Notes under the pieces: generated by a model
What the model saw: the letters and a program-made list of their open reading frames with translations, nothing else
The model's database searches: none
Told to the model about the DNA's origin: nothing
Source: Actinomycetes bacterium
GTDB taxonomy: Bacteria > Actinomycetota > Actinomycetes > JBOGEN01
NCBI GenBank assembly: GCA_050743265.1
Contig: JBOGEN010000107.1
Span: 5,612-69,611 of the forward strand
Direction of reading: 5' to 3'
Length of the DNA: 64,000 bases
Made by a program: the position numbers and the translations under genes
Shown: positions 55,790-64,000 of the stretch, piece after piece
Numbering within the stretch: the first letter of the stretch is position 1
How the letters are laid out: every line of letters begins with the position of its first letter

Positions 55790-56925
55790 GGCATCCCTCC
55801 GCGGGTGGGACGTCGCTGGTCGAGCCGGCGGGCCTGGACCCCGTAGCGGCCCGTGACGTGCTCGAGCGCTACTACGACGAGGGCTGGACGGACGGCCTTC
55901 CCGTGGTGCCGTGCTCGGAGAGCCTGCTCGCCGAGTTCCTCGGCCAGGTCTCTCGGGACCCCGAGGACGTCGTGTTCTCCATGCCTCACCTCAACCGGAC
56001 GTGCTCGGTCCGCCTCGCCGCCGTGAACGCGGCCATGGCGGGGTGCCGGCCGGAGTACTTCCCGGTGGTCCTCGCCGCCTGGGAGGCGCTCGACGCCGAG
56101 GGCTACGCCGGCAAGGGGATCTGGCAGAGCACGACGGGCAACGCGACCCTGCTCCTCGTCAACGGTCCGATCAGGACGCGCCTGGGCGTCAACGGAGCGG
56201 GCAACGTCTTCGGGTCCGGCTTCCGTGCGAACGCCACGATCGGCCGGGCGATCCGCCTGACGGCCATGAACGTCTTCGGACTGCGTCCCCACCAGCTGGA
56301 CCAGGCGACCCAGGGGACGCCGGCGAAGTACACCTGCTGCATCGCCGAGAACGAGGAGCAGAGCCCCTGGGCACCGCTGCACGAGGAGCTCGGGTTCGCC
56401 CGGCACGAGAGCACCGTCACGGCGATGATGATGCGCTCCACCGTGCACGTGGAGGCGCGCCATACCGTCGTCGGCGACCAGCTCCTCAACGATGTGGCGA
56501 ACACGGTCGCGCGGACGGGTGCCCTCGTCCACGAGACCGTCAGCGTGTGTCTCGTCCTGGGGCCGGAGCACGCTCACCTGCTCGCCAGGGGCGGCCTGAC
56601 CCGGCGGGACGTCCAAGAGGCCGTCTTCGACAAGGCCGTGACCACGCGGCGGTCGCTCGACGCCGCCGGAAAGGCGGGGGTCTCGAGAAGCACGCGCTGG
56701 CGCCTCCCGAGCGAGCACCCCGACGCGGTCTCGGACGGTGAGGCCAACGACATCCGAGAGGCCAACGACATCCGAGAGGCCAACGACATCCGCGCGCTCA
56801 ACTCTCCCGAGGCCGTCGTCGTGGTCGTCGCGGGAGCGTTCAACGCCGGGGTCTCCACGGTCGTCGAGACCTTCGGTCCCCGCGGCGGGCGCCCCGCCAT
56901 CTCTCGAGTGAAGGAGCGACAGTGA
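55786..56925 (+). CDS. Conserved hypothetical protein, partner of UGSC-family protein (copy B)
   Basis: GTGA overlap with the selenoprotein gene. Paralogue of 48997..50070 (same conserved blocks). Contains an in-frame 18-bp x3 repeat. Confidence 0.55.
   Translation: MRHPSAGGTSLVEPAGLDPVAARDVLERYYDEGWTDGLPVVPCSESLLAEFLGQVSRDPEDVVFSMPHLNRTCSVRLAAVNAAMAGCRPEYFPVVLAAWEALDAEGYAGKGIWQSTTGNATLLLVNGPIRTRLGVNGAGNVFGSGFRANATIGRAIRLTAMNVFGLRPHQLDQATQGTPAKYTCCIAENEEQSPWAPLHEELGFARHESTVTAMMMRSTVHVEARHTVVGDQLLNDVANTVARTGALVHETVSVCLVLGPEHAHLLARGGLTRRDVQEAVFDKAVTTRRSLDAAGKAGVSRSTRWRLPSEHPDAVSDGEANDIREANDIREANDIRALNSPEAVVVVVAGAFNAGVSTVVETFGPRGGRPAISRVKERQ
56740..56793 (+). repeat. In-frame 18-bp tandem repeat x3 (gaggccaacgacatccga) encoding (EANDIR)3
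   Basis: …GEANDIREANDIREANDIRALN… in the partner protein. Absent from the paralogue 48997..50070. Confidence 0.7.
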
Positions 56926-57185
56926 CTGCCGCAGATCGACCCTCCGTTGCTCAGGACTCCTTGGACGGCGCGTTCGCGGACGTGGCGAGGACGCTGGCCG
57001 CCGACGGGTACCAGGCGGAGTGGAGGCTCAACGAGCAGGGGGCCGTGGACTTCTGGGTCACCGCCTCCGAGGAGGCGTGTGCGGAGTGCCTCGTCCCGAT
57101 GCCGGTGATGCAGGCGATCCTCGAGGGCGCCCTCGAGGGGACGGGTCGAGAGCTCGGGCGCATCGAGATGCCCGCCGAGCACTGA
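56922..57185 (+). CDS. Small hypothetical protein (87 aa) with CxxC pair
   Basis: 4-nt start overlap with the upstream gene. Contains ACAECLVPMP. Stop lies inside the first unit of a 15-bp tandem repeat. Confidence 0.4.
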   Translation: MTAADRPSVAQDSLDGAFADVARTLAADGYQAEWRLNEQGAVDFWVTASEEACAECLVPMPVMQAILEGALEGTGRELGRIEMPAEH

Positions 57186-57234
57186 GACACCGAGCACTGA
57201 GACACCGAGCGCTGAGACACCGAGCGCTGAGACC
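57175..57234 (+). repeat. Tandem direct repeat 4 x 15 bp (ccgagcRctgagaca)
   Basis: ccgagcactgagaca ccgagcactgagaca ccgagcgctgagaca ccgagcgctgagacc. Begins in the last codons of the preceding small gene and ends 35 bp before the next ATG. Each unit carries the in-frame TGA. Confidence 0.8.
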
Positions 57235-57269
57235 CCGCCCCGCCGTACCACCCCGAGAAGGGCGCACCG

Positions 57270-58619
57270 ATGTCACCGCGGGAGACCCAGATCCTCGAGC
57301 CGGCCCGGGCCACGCCCGTCCTGGGTGAGTACGACGTCGTCGTGGTCGGTGGGGGCCCGGCCGGCTTGATGGCCGCGGCCGCCGCTGCCCGCACCGGCCG
57401 CTCGACGCTGCTCCTCGAGCGGTACGGCTTCCTCGGCGGAGCCGGCACCATGGGTGGGCTGAGCACGTTCTGCGGGCTCCACGCCCGCGTACACGGCGAG
57501 CACGTCCGGGTCATCCGTGGCCTGGCCGACGAGCTCCTCGAGCGCCTGGAGCGCCTCGACGGACTCAACCCGCCGCACCTGTCCGTGCGGGACCGGATCA
57601 TGGCGCAGGCCTTCGACATCTCCGCGTACAAGATGGTGGCCGACGACCTCGTCCTCGACTCCGGCGGCGAGATCCTGTTCCACGCGACGGCAGCCGGCGT
57701 GTCGATGCGCTCGGACACCGAGATCGACGCGGTGCTCGTCGAGTCCAAGTCCGGACGTGGCGCCCTACGCGGTCGGGTGTTCGTCGACGCGTCGGGTGAC
57801 GGTGACCTGGCAGCGTGGTCCGGGGCGCCGTACGAGAAGGCGCCCCATCTGCTCTATCCCTCCCTGATGTTCCGCATCAACGGCGTGGACCCGGCCCGGG
57901 CGGGCGAGGCGTGGAAGACCGTGGCTGCGCTCATGGACGACGCCGAGCGGGCGGGGACGCACACGTTCCCGCGGAAGAAGCCGATCGTGCGGCCGCAGCG
58001 CAACCCGCTCGAGTGGCGTGCCAACCTCACGCAGCTCAGCAACGACGACGGCAGTCCCGTGGACGGCACGGACGTGTGGGGGCTGACCGACGGGGAGATC
58101 AAGGGCAGGCGGCAGGTCAGGGACGCCTTCGCGTTCATCCGGGAGCACACGCCCGGGTTCGAGGACTCGTACGTCGTGGACCTCGCCCCGCAGATCGGCA
58201 TCCGGGAGACCCGCCGCATCGTCGGCGCGTACCAGCTCTCCGAGGAGGACGTTCTCGCGTGCGCGGACTTCCCCGACACGATCGGCGTGAACGGATGGCC
58301 GGTCGAGGCGCACGTGGCCGGTGACGTCGAGTTCCGCTTCGCCCGGGACGAGCACCCCCGGGGCTTCAACCAGCTCCCGTTCCGCATGCTGCTCCCCCAG
58401 GGCGTCGACAACCTCTACGTCACCGGCCGCTGCGCCTCGATGACCCAGCGGGGACAGTCCGCGGCCCGGGTCACCGGCCCGTGCTACGCGATGGGTCAGG
58501 CGGCCGGGGTCGCGTCCGACCTCGCGTTGTCCGCGGGCGTCGCCTGCCGGGACGTCGACGTCGCAGTCCTGCAGAAGCGTCTCGTCGAGGACGGGGCGTA
58601 CCTGGGCACGGACCTGTGA
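57270..58619 (+). CDS. FAD-dependent oxidoreductase
   Basis: N-terminal dinucleotide-binding motif VVVVGGGPAGLMAAAAAAR. Confidence 0.8.
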   Translation: MSPRETQILEPARATPVLGEYDVVVVGGGPAGLMAAAAAARTGRSTLLLERYGFLGGAGTMGGLSTFCGLHARVHGEHVRVIRGLADELLERLERLDGLNPPHLSVRDRIMAQAFDISAYKMVADDLVLDSGGEILFHATAAGVSMRSDTEIDAVLVESKSGRGALRGRVFVDASGDGDLAAWSGAPYEKAPHLLYPSLMFRINGVDPARAGEAWKTVAALMDDAERAGTHTFPRKKPIVRPQRNPLEWRANLTQLSNDDGSPVDGTDVWGLTDGEIKGRRQVRDAFAFIREHTPGFEDSYVVDLAPQIGIRETRRIVGAYQLSEEDVLACADFPDTIGVNGWPVEAHVAGDVEFRFARDEHPRGFNQLPFRMLLPQGVDNLYVTGRCASMTQRGQSAARVTGPCYAMGQAAGVASDLALSAGVACRDVDVAVLQKRLVEDGAYLGTDL

Positions 58620-58653
58620 CCCGTCGCGTGCCGTACGACCGTCAGGAGACGCG

Positions 58654-60327
58654 ATGACCCGCACCCTTCGGAGCAACTTCGATCCCGGGACGACGCGGTG
58701 GGCGATGCGCCGGGCCCAGTGGCGACGTCTGGGCATCTCCGCCGAGGACGAGGTCAAGCCGAAGATCGCGATCGTCAACAGCTCGTCGGACCTGGCCAGC
58801 TGCTACAGCCACCTGGACGGGATCGTCGGACCTCTGAAGGAGGCGATCAGGTCTGCCGGGGGAGTGCCCTTCGAGGTGCGCACGGCCGCACCCAGCGACG
58901 CCGTCACCAGTGCGGGGTGCGCCGGCCGGTACATCCTCCCGAGCCGCGACCTCATCGTGAACGACATCGAGGTCGCCGTCGAGGGCGCGCTGCTCGACGG
59001 CATGGTCGCGCTGGCGTCCTGCGACAAGACGACGCCCGCACACCTCATGGCGGCCGCACGTCTCGACATCCCGACGATCGTGGTCGCCTGTGGCTACCAG
59101 GCCAGCGGCCGGTACCGCGGCGAGCCCATCGACTTCGAGGACGTCTTCCTGCTGGCCGGGCACGTCGCCGCCGGGCGTCTCACGGCCGAGGAGCTCGGCG
59201 AGATGAGCGAGTGCGCGATCGAGGGTCCCGGCGTGTGCTCGGGGATGGGGACGGCCAACTCCATGCACATCGCGGCCGAGGCCCTCGGGATGGCGATGGC
59301 GGGCAGCACGCCCGTCCGCGCGAACGGTGACCGGATGTGGCAGGCGGTCCGCCAGGCCGGGGAACGCATCGTCGCCCTCGTGCACGAGGGCCATCGCCCG
59401 CGGGACGTCCTCACCCCCGGGGCGTTCCGGAACGCGGTGACCGCGATCCTCGCCGTGAGCGGCTCCATCAACACCCTCAAGCACCTTCAGGCGGTTGCTG
59501 TGGAAGCCGCGTGCGACGTGGACATCTGGCGGCTCTTCGAGGAGCTCGCCGCGGACGTACCCCTGCTCACCGGCGTGAAGCCCAACGGGGACCGTCGCAT
59601 CGAGCAGTTCGACGACGCCGGCGGGACGCGTGCCCTGCTCAACCAGCTCGAGCCCCTGCTCGATCTCGAGGCGTCCACGGTGACCGGCCCGCGGCTGGGG
59701 GAGCTGCTGGCAGACGCCGAGGTCGCCGACGAGGACACCATCCGGTCGCTGGACCGTCCGCTGGCTCGCCACCCCGCGATCGTCGTGGTCCGTGGCTCGC
59801 TCGCCCCGGACGGCGCGATCGTCAAGCGGACCGTGGCGGACGAGGCACCCCGGCGGTTCCGTGGACCGGCGCGGGTCTTCCGCTCCCGGGACGAGGGGCT
59901 GGCCGCCGTGAAGGCAGGAGGGGTCGAGCCGGGCGACGTCGTGGTGCTGAGCGGGCTGGGCCCACGCGGGTCACCCGGCATGGCCTTGACGTCCGCCTTC
60001 ATCTTCGCCCTCGACGGAGCCGGCCTGGGGGGCGACGTGGCCGTCGTGACGGACGGTCAGATGTCCGGCCTTGTCAACCGGGGGCTCGTGGTCGGGGAGG
60101 TGACCCCCGAGGCGGCTGCGGGGGGTCCGCTCGGCCTCGTGGAGGACGGCGATCTCGTCTCCGTCGACGTCGACGCGCGCACCCTCGATCTCCTCGTGGA
60201 CGACGACGCGCTCGACGCGCGACGGTCGCGCCTGCCTCAGGCTCCCCCCGTCGTCGGCTGCAGCTGGCTGTCGGTGTACGCCCGCGAGGTCGGCTCCGTG
60301 GCCGCCGGCGCCACCCTCGGTGGTTGA
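58654..60327 (+). CDS. IlvD/EDD-family dehydratase (dihydroxy-acid / sugar-acid dehydratase)
   Basis: Fe-S ligand motifs CDKTTP and GPGVCSGMGTANSM; C-terminal SGLVNRG-like region. Confidence 0.85.
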   Translation: MTRTLRSNFDPGTTRWAMRRAQWRRLGISAEDEVKPKIAIVNSSSDLASCYSHLDGIVGPLKEAIRSAGGVPFEVRTAAPSDAVTSAGCAGRYILPSRDLIVNDIEVAVEGALLDGMVALASCDKTTPAHLMAAARLDIPTIVVACGYQASGRYRGEPIDFEDVFLLAGHVAAGRLTAEELGEMSECAIEGPGVCSGMGTANSMHIAAEALGMAMAGSTPVRANGDRMWQAVRQAGERIVALVHEGHRPRDVLTPGAFRNAVTAILAVSGSINTLKHLQAVAVEAACDVDIWRLFEELAADVPLLTGVKPNGDRRIEQFDDAGGTRALLNQLEPLLDLEASTVTGPRLGELLADAEVADEDTIRSLDRPLARHPAIVVVRGSLAPDGAIVKRTVADEAPRRFRGPARVFRSRDEGLAAVKAGGVEPGDVVVLSGLGPRGSPGMALTSAFIFALDGAGLGGDVAVVTDGQMSGLVNRGLVVGEVTPEAAAGGPLGLVEDGDLVSVDVDARTLDLLVDDDALDARRSRLPQAPPVVGCSWLSVYAREVGSVAAGATLGG

Positions 60328-60580
60328 GGGGCGCCCCGTGGTCGACCCCGCGGAGGCACGTCCCACGCACGCGACGGATGACGTAGGGCCTGCCCGAGAG
60401 AGTGTCGGGCATCTGCCGTCATTTGCCCGAGGGGCGGGCACAGGCGCGGGCCTAGCCTGACGCGGGCACAGTCCAGGATCGACCGCTCCGGACGGAGGCC
60501 ACCGGTGCCGGTGAGGCACGCACCCCTTCGCTCCGCTCCGCCCCTCCCCTCATCGCAGGACCTGGCTAAGGAGCCCAGAG

Positions 60581-61684
60581 ATGCCTGACCGAGACCGCTC
60601 ACCGTTCGCCGCCCCCGTCACGATGTCCCGTCGCAACTTCGTGGGGAGGTCCGCCGCACTGATGGCGGCCTTCACCGGGGGCGGTGCTCTGCTCGGTGCG
60701 TGCGGCTCCTCGGACTCCTCCACGGGCTCCGCGGAGAGCAAGGTCGACGAGGTGACGTTCCTCAACGTCATCCCGATCGAGAGCATCTCCAACACCGCCG
60801 AGATGCTCGCCGATGCAGGTGGCCACTTCGAGAAGCACGGGCTCAAGGTCACGTTCGAGGCCACCAACGGGTCTGCGCCGGCGATCCAGACAGTCATCCA
60901 GGGCTCAGCCTTGATCACGCGGCTGGGTGACATCGAGACCATCGTGGCTGTCGCGCAGAAGGACGCCCCACTCGTGAACGTGGGCTCGGTCGAGAAGGGC
61001 GGCGGACTGCTGCGGTTCATCTCGAGCAAGCGCCGGCCGCTCCAGAAGCCCGAGGACTTCCGCGGGGCCAAGATGGGCCTGCCGTCGATCGGCGGCACCA
61101 GCGAGAACACGCTGAACCTGGTGATCGCCTCGGGCGGGGTTCCTGCCTCCTCGGTCGACCGGCAGGTCGTGGGGCTCACTCCGGGCGTGTTCGACCTGGT
61201 GAGCAAGGGGCGGGTCGACGGCTACGTCGTGTCCCTGGACACCTCGCTGATCATCCTCAGGGACGAGCCTGATGCACTCTCCTTCGCGCCGAGCTCGGTC
61301 ATCTCGGCCGGGAACCAGCAGTACACGACCTCCGAGCGCCAGCTCCAGGACCCGGAACAGGCAGACCAGGTCCGCCGGTTCCTGCTCGGCATCCACGATG
61401 CGATCGAGTTCGTGATCGAGGACGAGAAGAACGGCTTCGAGAAGACGATGGAGACCATCTCCGCCAAGTACGCGGTCCCGGCGTTCAAGGACAAGGAGAT
61501 CTCGAGGAAGTCCCTCGAGCTCTACGTCGGTGCCTGGACGGCGGACGGCCAGGACAAGATCGTCCAGACCAACCCGGCGGTCTGGAAGGCGACGTACGAC
61601 GAGATGGTGGACGCCAAGATCGTCCCGGGCGGGATGAACCCCGCGGACTGGCTCACCGACAAGTTCGCTCCTGCCGGGGGCTGA
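60581..61684 (+). CDS. ABC transporter substrate-binding protein (NitT/TauT / SsuA-like), Tat-type signal
   Basis: SRRNFVGRSAALMAAF twin-arginine signal and lipobox-like LGAC. Confidence 0.7.
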   Translation: MPDRDRSPFAAPVTMSRRNFVGRSAALMAAFTGGGALLGACGSSDSSTGSAESKVDEVTFLNVIPIESISNTAEMLADAGGHFEKHGLKVTFEATNGSAPAIQTVIQGSALITRLGDIETIVAVAQKDAPLVNVGSVEKGGGLLRFISSKRRPLQKPEDFRGAKMGLPSIGGTSENTLNLVIASGGVPASSVDRQVVGLTPGVFDLVSKGRVDGYVVSLDTSLIILRDEPDALSFAPSSVISAGNQQYTTSERQLQDPEQADQVRRFLLGIHDAIEFVIEDEKNGFEKTMETISAKYAVPAFKDKEISRKSLELYVGAWTADGQDKIVQTNPAVWKATYDEMVDAKIVPGGMNPADWLTDKFAPAGG

Positions 61685-61771
61685 GCCCGCCCGGCCCACT
61701 CTCCGTCCTGGGGGGAGAAACGAGGGCAGAGGGGTAGGTTCCCGGGCAGGACGAGGAGTGATGACATCCCC

Positions 61772-62626
61772 ATGGCATACGAGGCCACAGTGCGAGATGA
61801 CGACGCGGACGTGAGGACGGTCGAGGCCACCGCCAGGCGGGAGCCGTCGGTCGAGCTCGAGCTGTCCGAGGTGAACAAGGTCTACCAGGCGCGCCTCGGC
61901 ACGGTGGAGGCGCTGAGCGACGTCAACCTGTCGGTCTCCCGCGGTGAGTTCGTCTCGCTGGTCGGCCGCTCCGGGTGCGGCAAGACGACCTTGCTCCGGA
62001 TCCTGTCCGGGCTTCTTCCCCCGTCCTCGGGCTCGGTGAGCGCGAACGGCCAGGGCATCTGGAAGGGGACCGCTCGTGACGACGAGGCGCTGAAGCAGTT
62101 CGGCGTCGTGTTCCAGGACGCCAACCTCTTTCCGTGGTTCAGCGTCTCGGACAACATCTCCCTCCCCCTCAAGCTGCGCGGGGTCGGCAGGAAGGCCCGG
62201 GCGGCCCGGGCCCAGGAGCTGTGCCAGATGGTCGGGCTCGCGGGCTTCGAGTCCGCGTACCCGCGCGAGCTCTCGGGCGGGATGCGACAGCGTGCCGCCA
62301 TCGCCCGTGCGCTGAGCTACAACCCCTCGATCCTGCTCATGGACGAGCCCTTCGGCGCGCTGGACGCGCTGACCCGCGACAAGATGAACCTCGAGCTGCA
62401 GTCACTGCACTCGGCCGCCGGCGTGACGGTGGTCTTCGTGACGCACTCGATCTCGGAGGCCGTCTTCCTGGCCGACCGGGTGGTCCTGCTGACGCCGCGC
62501 CCGGGCCGGATCCGGTCCGTGACGCCCGTCGAGCTCGCGCGCCCGCGGTCCCTCGACACCGGGACGACCGCGGAGTTCCAGGAGATAGTCCGTACGCTGC
62601 GCCACGAGCTCGACGAGGAGCTGTGA
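61772..62626 (+). CDS. ABC transporter ATP-binding protein (NitT/TauT family)
   Basis: Walker A GRSGCGKTT, signature LSGGMRQR, and DEPFGALD (Walker B). Confidence 0.8.
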   Translation: MAYEATVRDDDADVRTVEATARREPSVELELSEVNKVYQARLGTVEALSDVNLSVSRGEFVSLVGRSGCGKTTLLRILSGLLPPSSGSVSANGQGIWKGTARDDEALKQFGVVFQDANLFPWFSVSDNISLPLKLRGVGRKARAARAQELCQMVGLAGFESAYPRELSGGMRQRAAIARALSYNPSILLMDEPFGALDALTRDKMNLELQSLHSAAGVTVVFVTHSISEAVFLADRVVLLTPRPGRIRSVTPVELARPRSLDTGTTAEFQEIVRTLRHELDEEL

Positions 62627-63411
62627 TGATCGACCGCGAGAGGCTGCACAAGATCCTGCCGTGGATCAGCTCCCCGATCCTGCTGCTCCTGCTGCTGGGG
62701 GTGTGGCAGTTCGCGGTGTCCGTCCTGGGGGTCTCGGAGTTCACGCTGCCCTCACCGGCCAAGGTCGGCGACTCCCTCGTCACGGTGCTCGGGACCGGGG
62801 CGATCTGGGGCCACATCAAGGTGACGCTCATCGAGGTCGTGATCGGGTTCGGCCTCGCGTTGGTCACCGGTGTGGCCGTCGGCGCGGTCCTCGGGCGGGT
62901 CGAGTGGCTGGAGCGTGCCATGCAGCCGGCCATGGTCGCCTTCCAGGTCGTGCCGAAGGTGGCGTTCATCCCGCTGTTCGTGATCTGGTTCGGCTTCGGC
63001 CCCACGTCGAAGATCATCATGGCGGCCATCCTGGCGTTCTTCCCCATCATGCTGAACGTGCTGCTCGGGGTTCGCTCGGTCGACCCTGGTCACCGGGACG
63101 TCATGCGCAGCCTCGGGGCCAGCCGCTTGGCGACCTTCAAGAACCTCGAGCTGCCGAGCACGTTGCCGTACGTCTTCGCCGGCGCGGAGGTCGGCATCGT
63201 GTTCGCGGTGATCGGCGCGATCGTCGGGGAGTACCTCGGGGGCAGCGAGGGTCTCGGCTACCTCGTCGTGCAGAGCCTCAACGCACTGGACGCGCCTCAG
63301 CTGTTCGCGGTCATCGTCCTGCTGGCCGTCATGGGCTCCATCCTCTTCTTCGCGGTGACCGCGGCGAAGAGAGCCACGATCCCGTGGCACGACTCCGTGG
63401 CCAAGCAGTAG
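62626..63411 (+). CDS. ABC transporter permease (NitT/TauT family)
   Basis: ATG overlaps the ATPase stop (TGATG). Six TMS. The track ORF 62134..63411 is an upstream over-extension. Confidence 0.8.
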   Translation: MIDRERLHKILPWISSPILLLLLLGVWQFAVSVLGVSEFTLPSPAKVGDSLVTVLGTGAIWGHIKVTLIEVVIGFGLALVTGVAVGAVLGRVEWLERAMQPAMVAFQVVPKVAFIPLFVIWFGFGPTSKIIMAAILAFFPIMLNVLLGVRSVDPGHRDVMRSLGASRLATFKNLELPSTLPYVFAGAEVGIVFAVIGAIVGEYLGGSEGLGYLVVQSLNALDAPQLFAVIVLLAVMGSILFFAVTAAKRATIPWHDSVAKQ

Positions 63412-63419
63412 GCCACCCG

Positions 63420-64000
63420 TGGGCGACCCCGCGGTGGCCGTTGCACGCGCTGACGTCGTCCCCGACAGGACGACGCTCTTCCGGGACGGGCAGTGGCTGC
63501 CCGCGGCGTCCGACCGTACGGTCGCGCTGGTCGACCCGGCGACCGAGGAGCCACTCGGCTCGGCGCCGTGGGGCGACGAGGCGGACGTGGACGCGGCCGT
63601 CGCCTCTGCCCGTCGGGCCGTGGACGCGGGAGAGTGGGGGCGGTCGACGCGCGAGGACCGTGCCGACGCGCTCGAACGACTGGCCACGGCGATCGAGTCC
63701 CGTGGCGACGACCTCGCCCGACTGGTCAGCCGCGAGATCGGGCAGCCGATCACGGTCTCGCGTCGCTTCAGCGTCGAGCGTCCGGTGGCCGTGCTGCGGT
63801 ACTACGCGCGCCTGGTGCGCACCCGTGAGACGGAGGAGACGCGTCCCGCGCTCCTGCGGCCGGGCCACACCCTCGTCCGTCGGGAGCCGCTCGGCGTCGT
63901 GGGGATGGTCGTCCCGTGGAACTTCCCGCAGGCGCTGACGATCTCCAAGCTGGCTCCCGCGCTCGCGGCGGGCTGCAGCGTCGTCCTCAAGCCCGCGGCC
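63420..64000 (+). CDS. Aldehyde dehydrogenase-family protein, 5' part (runs off the window end)
   Basis: GTG start. …GVVGMVVPWNFPQALTISKLAPALAAGCSVVLKPA is the ALDH N-terminal NAD-binding region. Confidence 0.7.

Noticed and set aside
62134-62625. 5' extension of the permease ORF overlapping the ABC ATPase gene
   Set aside because: ATG at 62626 overlaps the ATPase stop (TGATG), and the protein begins with a typical TM helix. The extension is R/P/G-rich.
1-64000. Scan for tRNA, CRISPR, IS elements and integrases
   Set aside because: No tRNA T-arm (GGTTCGAATCC-like) context, repeat-spacer array, transposase or integrase ORF was recognised by eye. Absence is not proven without tRNAscan or IS searches.

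Overview
High-GC (about 70%+) actinobacterial chromosomal segment, gene-dense on both strands, with no rRNA or CRISPR; no tRNA or IS element recognised by eye (no systematic scan possible). In reading order: (i) 1-9 kb, housekeeping and envelope genes: an MMPL transporter fragment, a RipA-like NlpC/P60 endopeptidase carrying an in-frame (EAR)n repeat, a PuuE-like deacetylase, a polyamine substrate-binding protein, a VWA protein, an MFS exporter and a DHFR-family protein. (ii) 9-18 kb, a nonulosonic-acid glycopolymer locus (Kdn/sialic-acid type, teichulosonic-acid-like): NeuB-family synthase, a NeuA cytidylyltransferase fused to a HAD phosphatase, a GT2, a polysialyltransferase-family protein, two GT-like hypotheticals and two PAPS-type sulfotransferases. 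(iii) 18-23 kb, a HAL/PAL-family lyase with a non-canonical MIO motif and several small or DUF genes; a DUF5994-like gene here appears to carry compensating frameshifts at a G6 homopolymer. (iv) 23-27.5 kb, a complete mycofactocin biosynthesis operon mftA-B-C-D-E plus a mycofactocin-type SDR. The 41-aa MftA precursor (…IDGMCGVY) is missing from the ORF track. (v) 27.6-37.8 kb, an MFS gene, an ALDH gene, a Dpp/Opp-type ABC peptide transporter and an IclR regulator. (vi) 37.8-57 kb, an island of NDMA-type Zn-ADH/ALDH/SDR/amidohydrolase/CoA-transferase genes in three cassettes, with mftF displaced into it, about 26 kb from mftABCDE. Each cassette carries a small UGSC-family protein. Two copies have CGSC or CESC; the third has an in-frame TGA exactly at the Cys position (D-U-G-S-C), followed by a hairpin, which marks it as a predicted selenoprotein. 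Two of the three copies are translationally coupled to a conserved unknown partner protein of about 360-380 aa. (vii) 57-64 kb: FAD oxidoreductase, IlvD/EDD dehydratase, NitT/TauT-type ABC transporter and a partial ALDH. The strongest novelty candidate is the UGSC (seleno)protein/partner module embedded in mycofactocin-dependent dehydrogenase cassettes.
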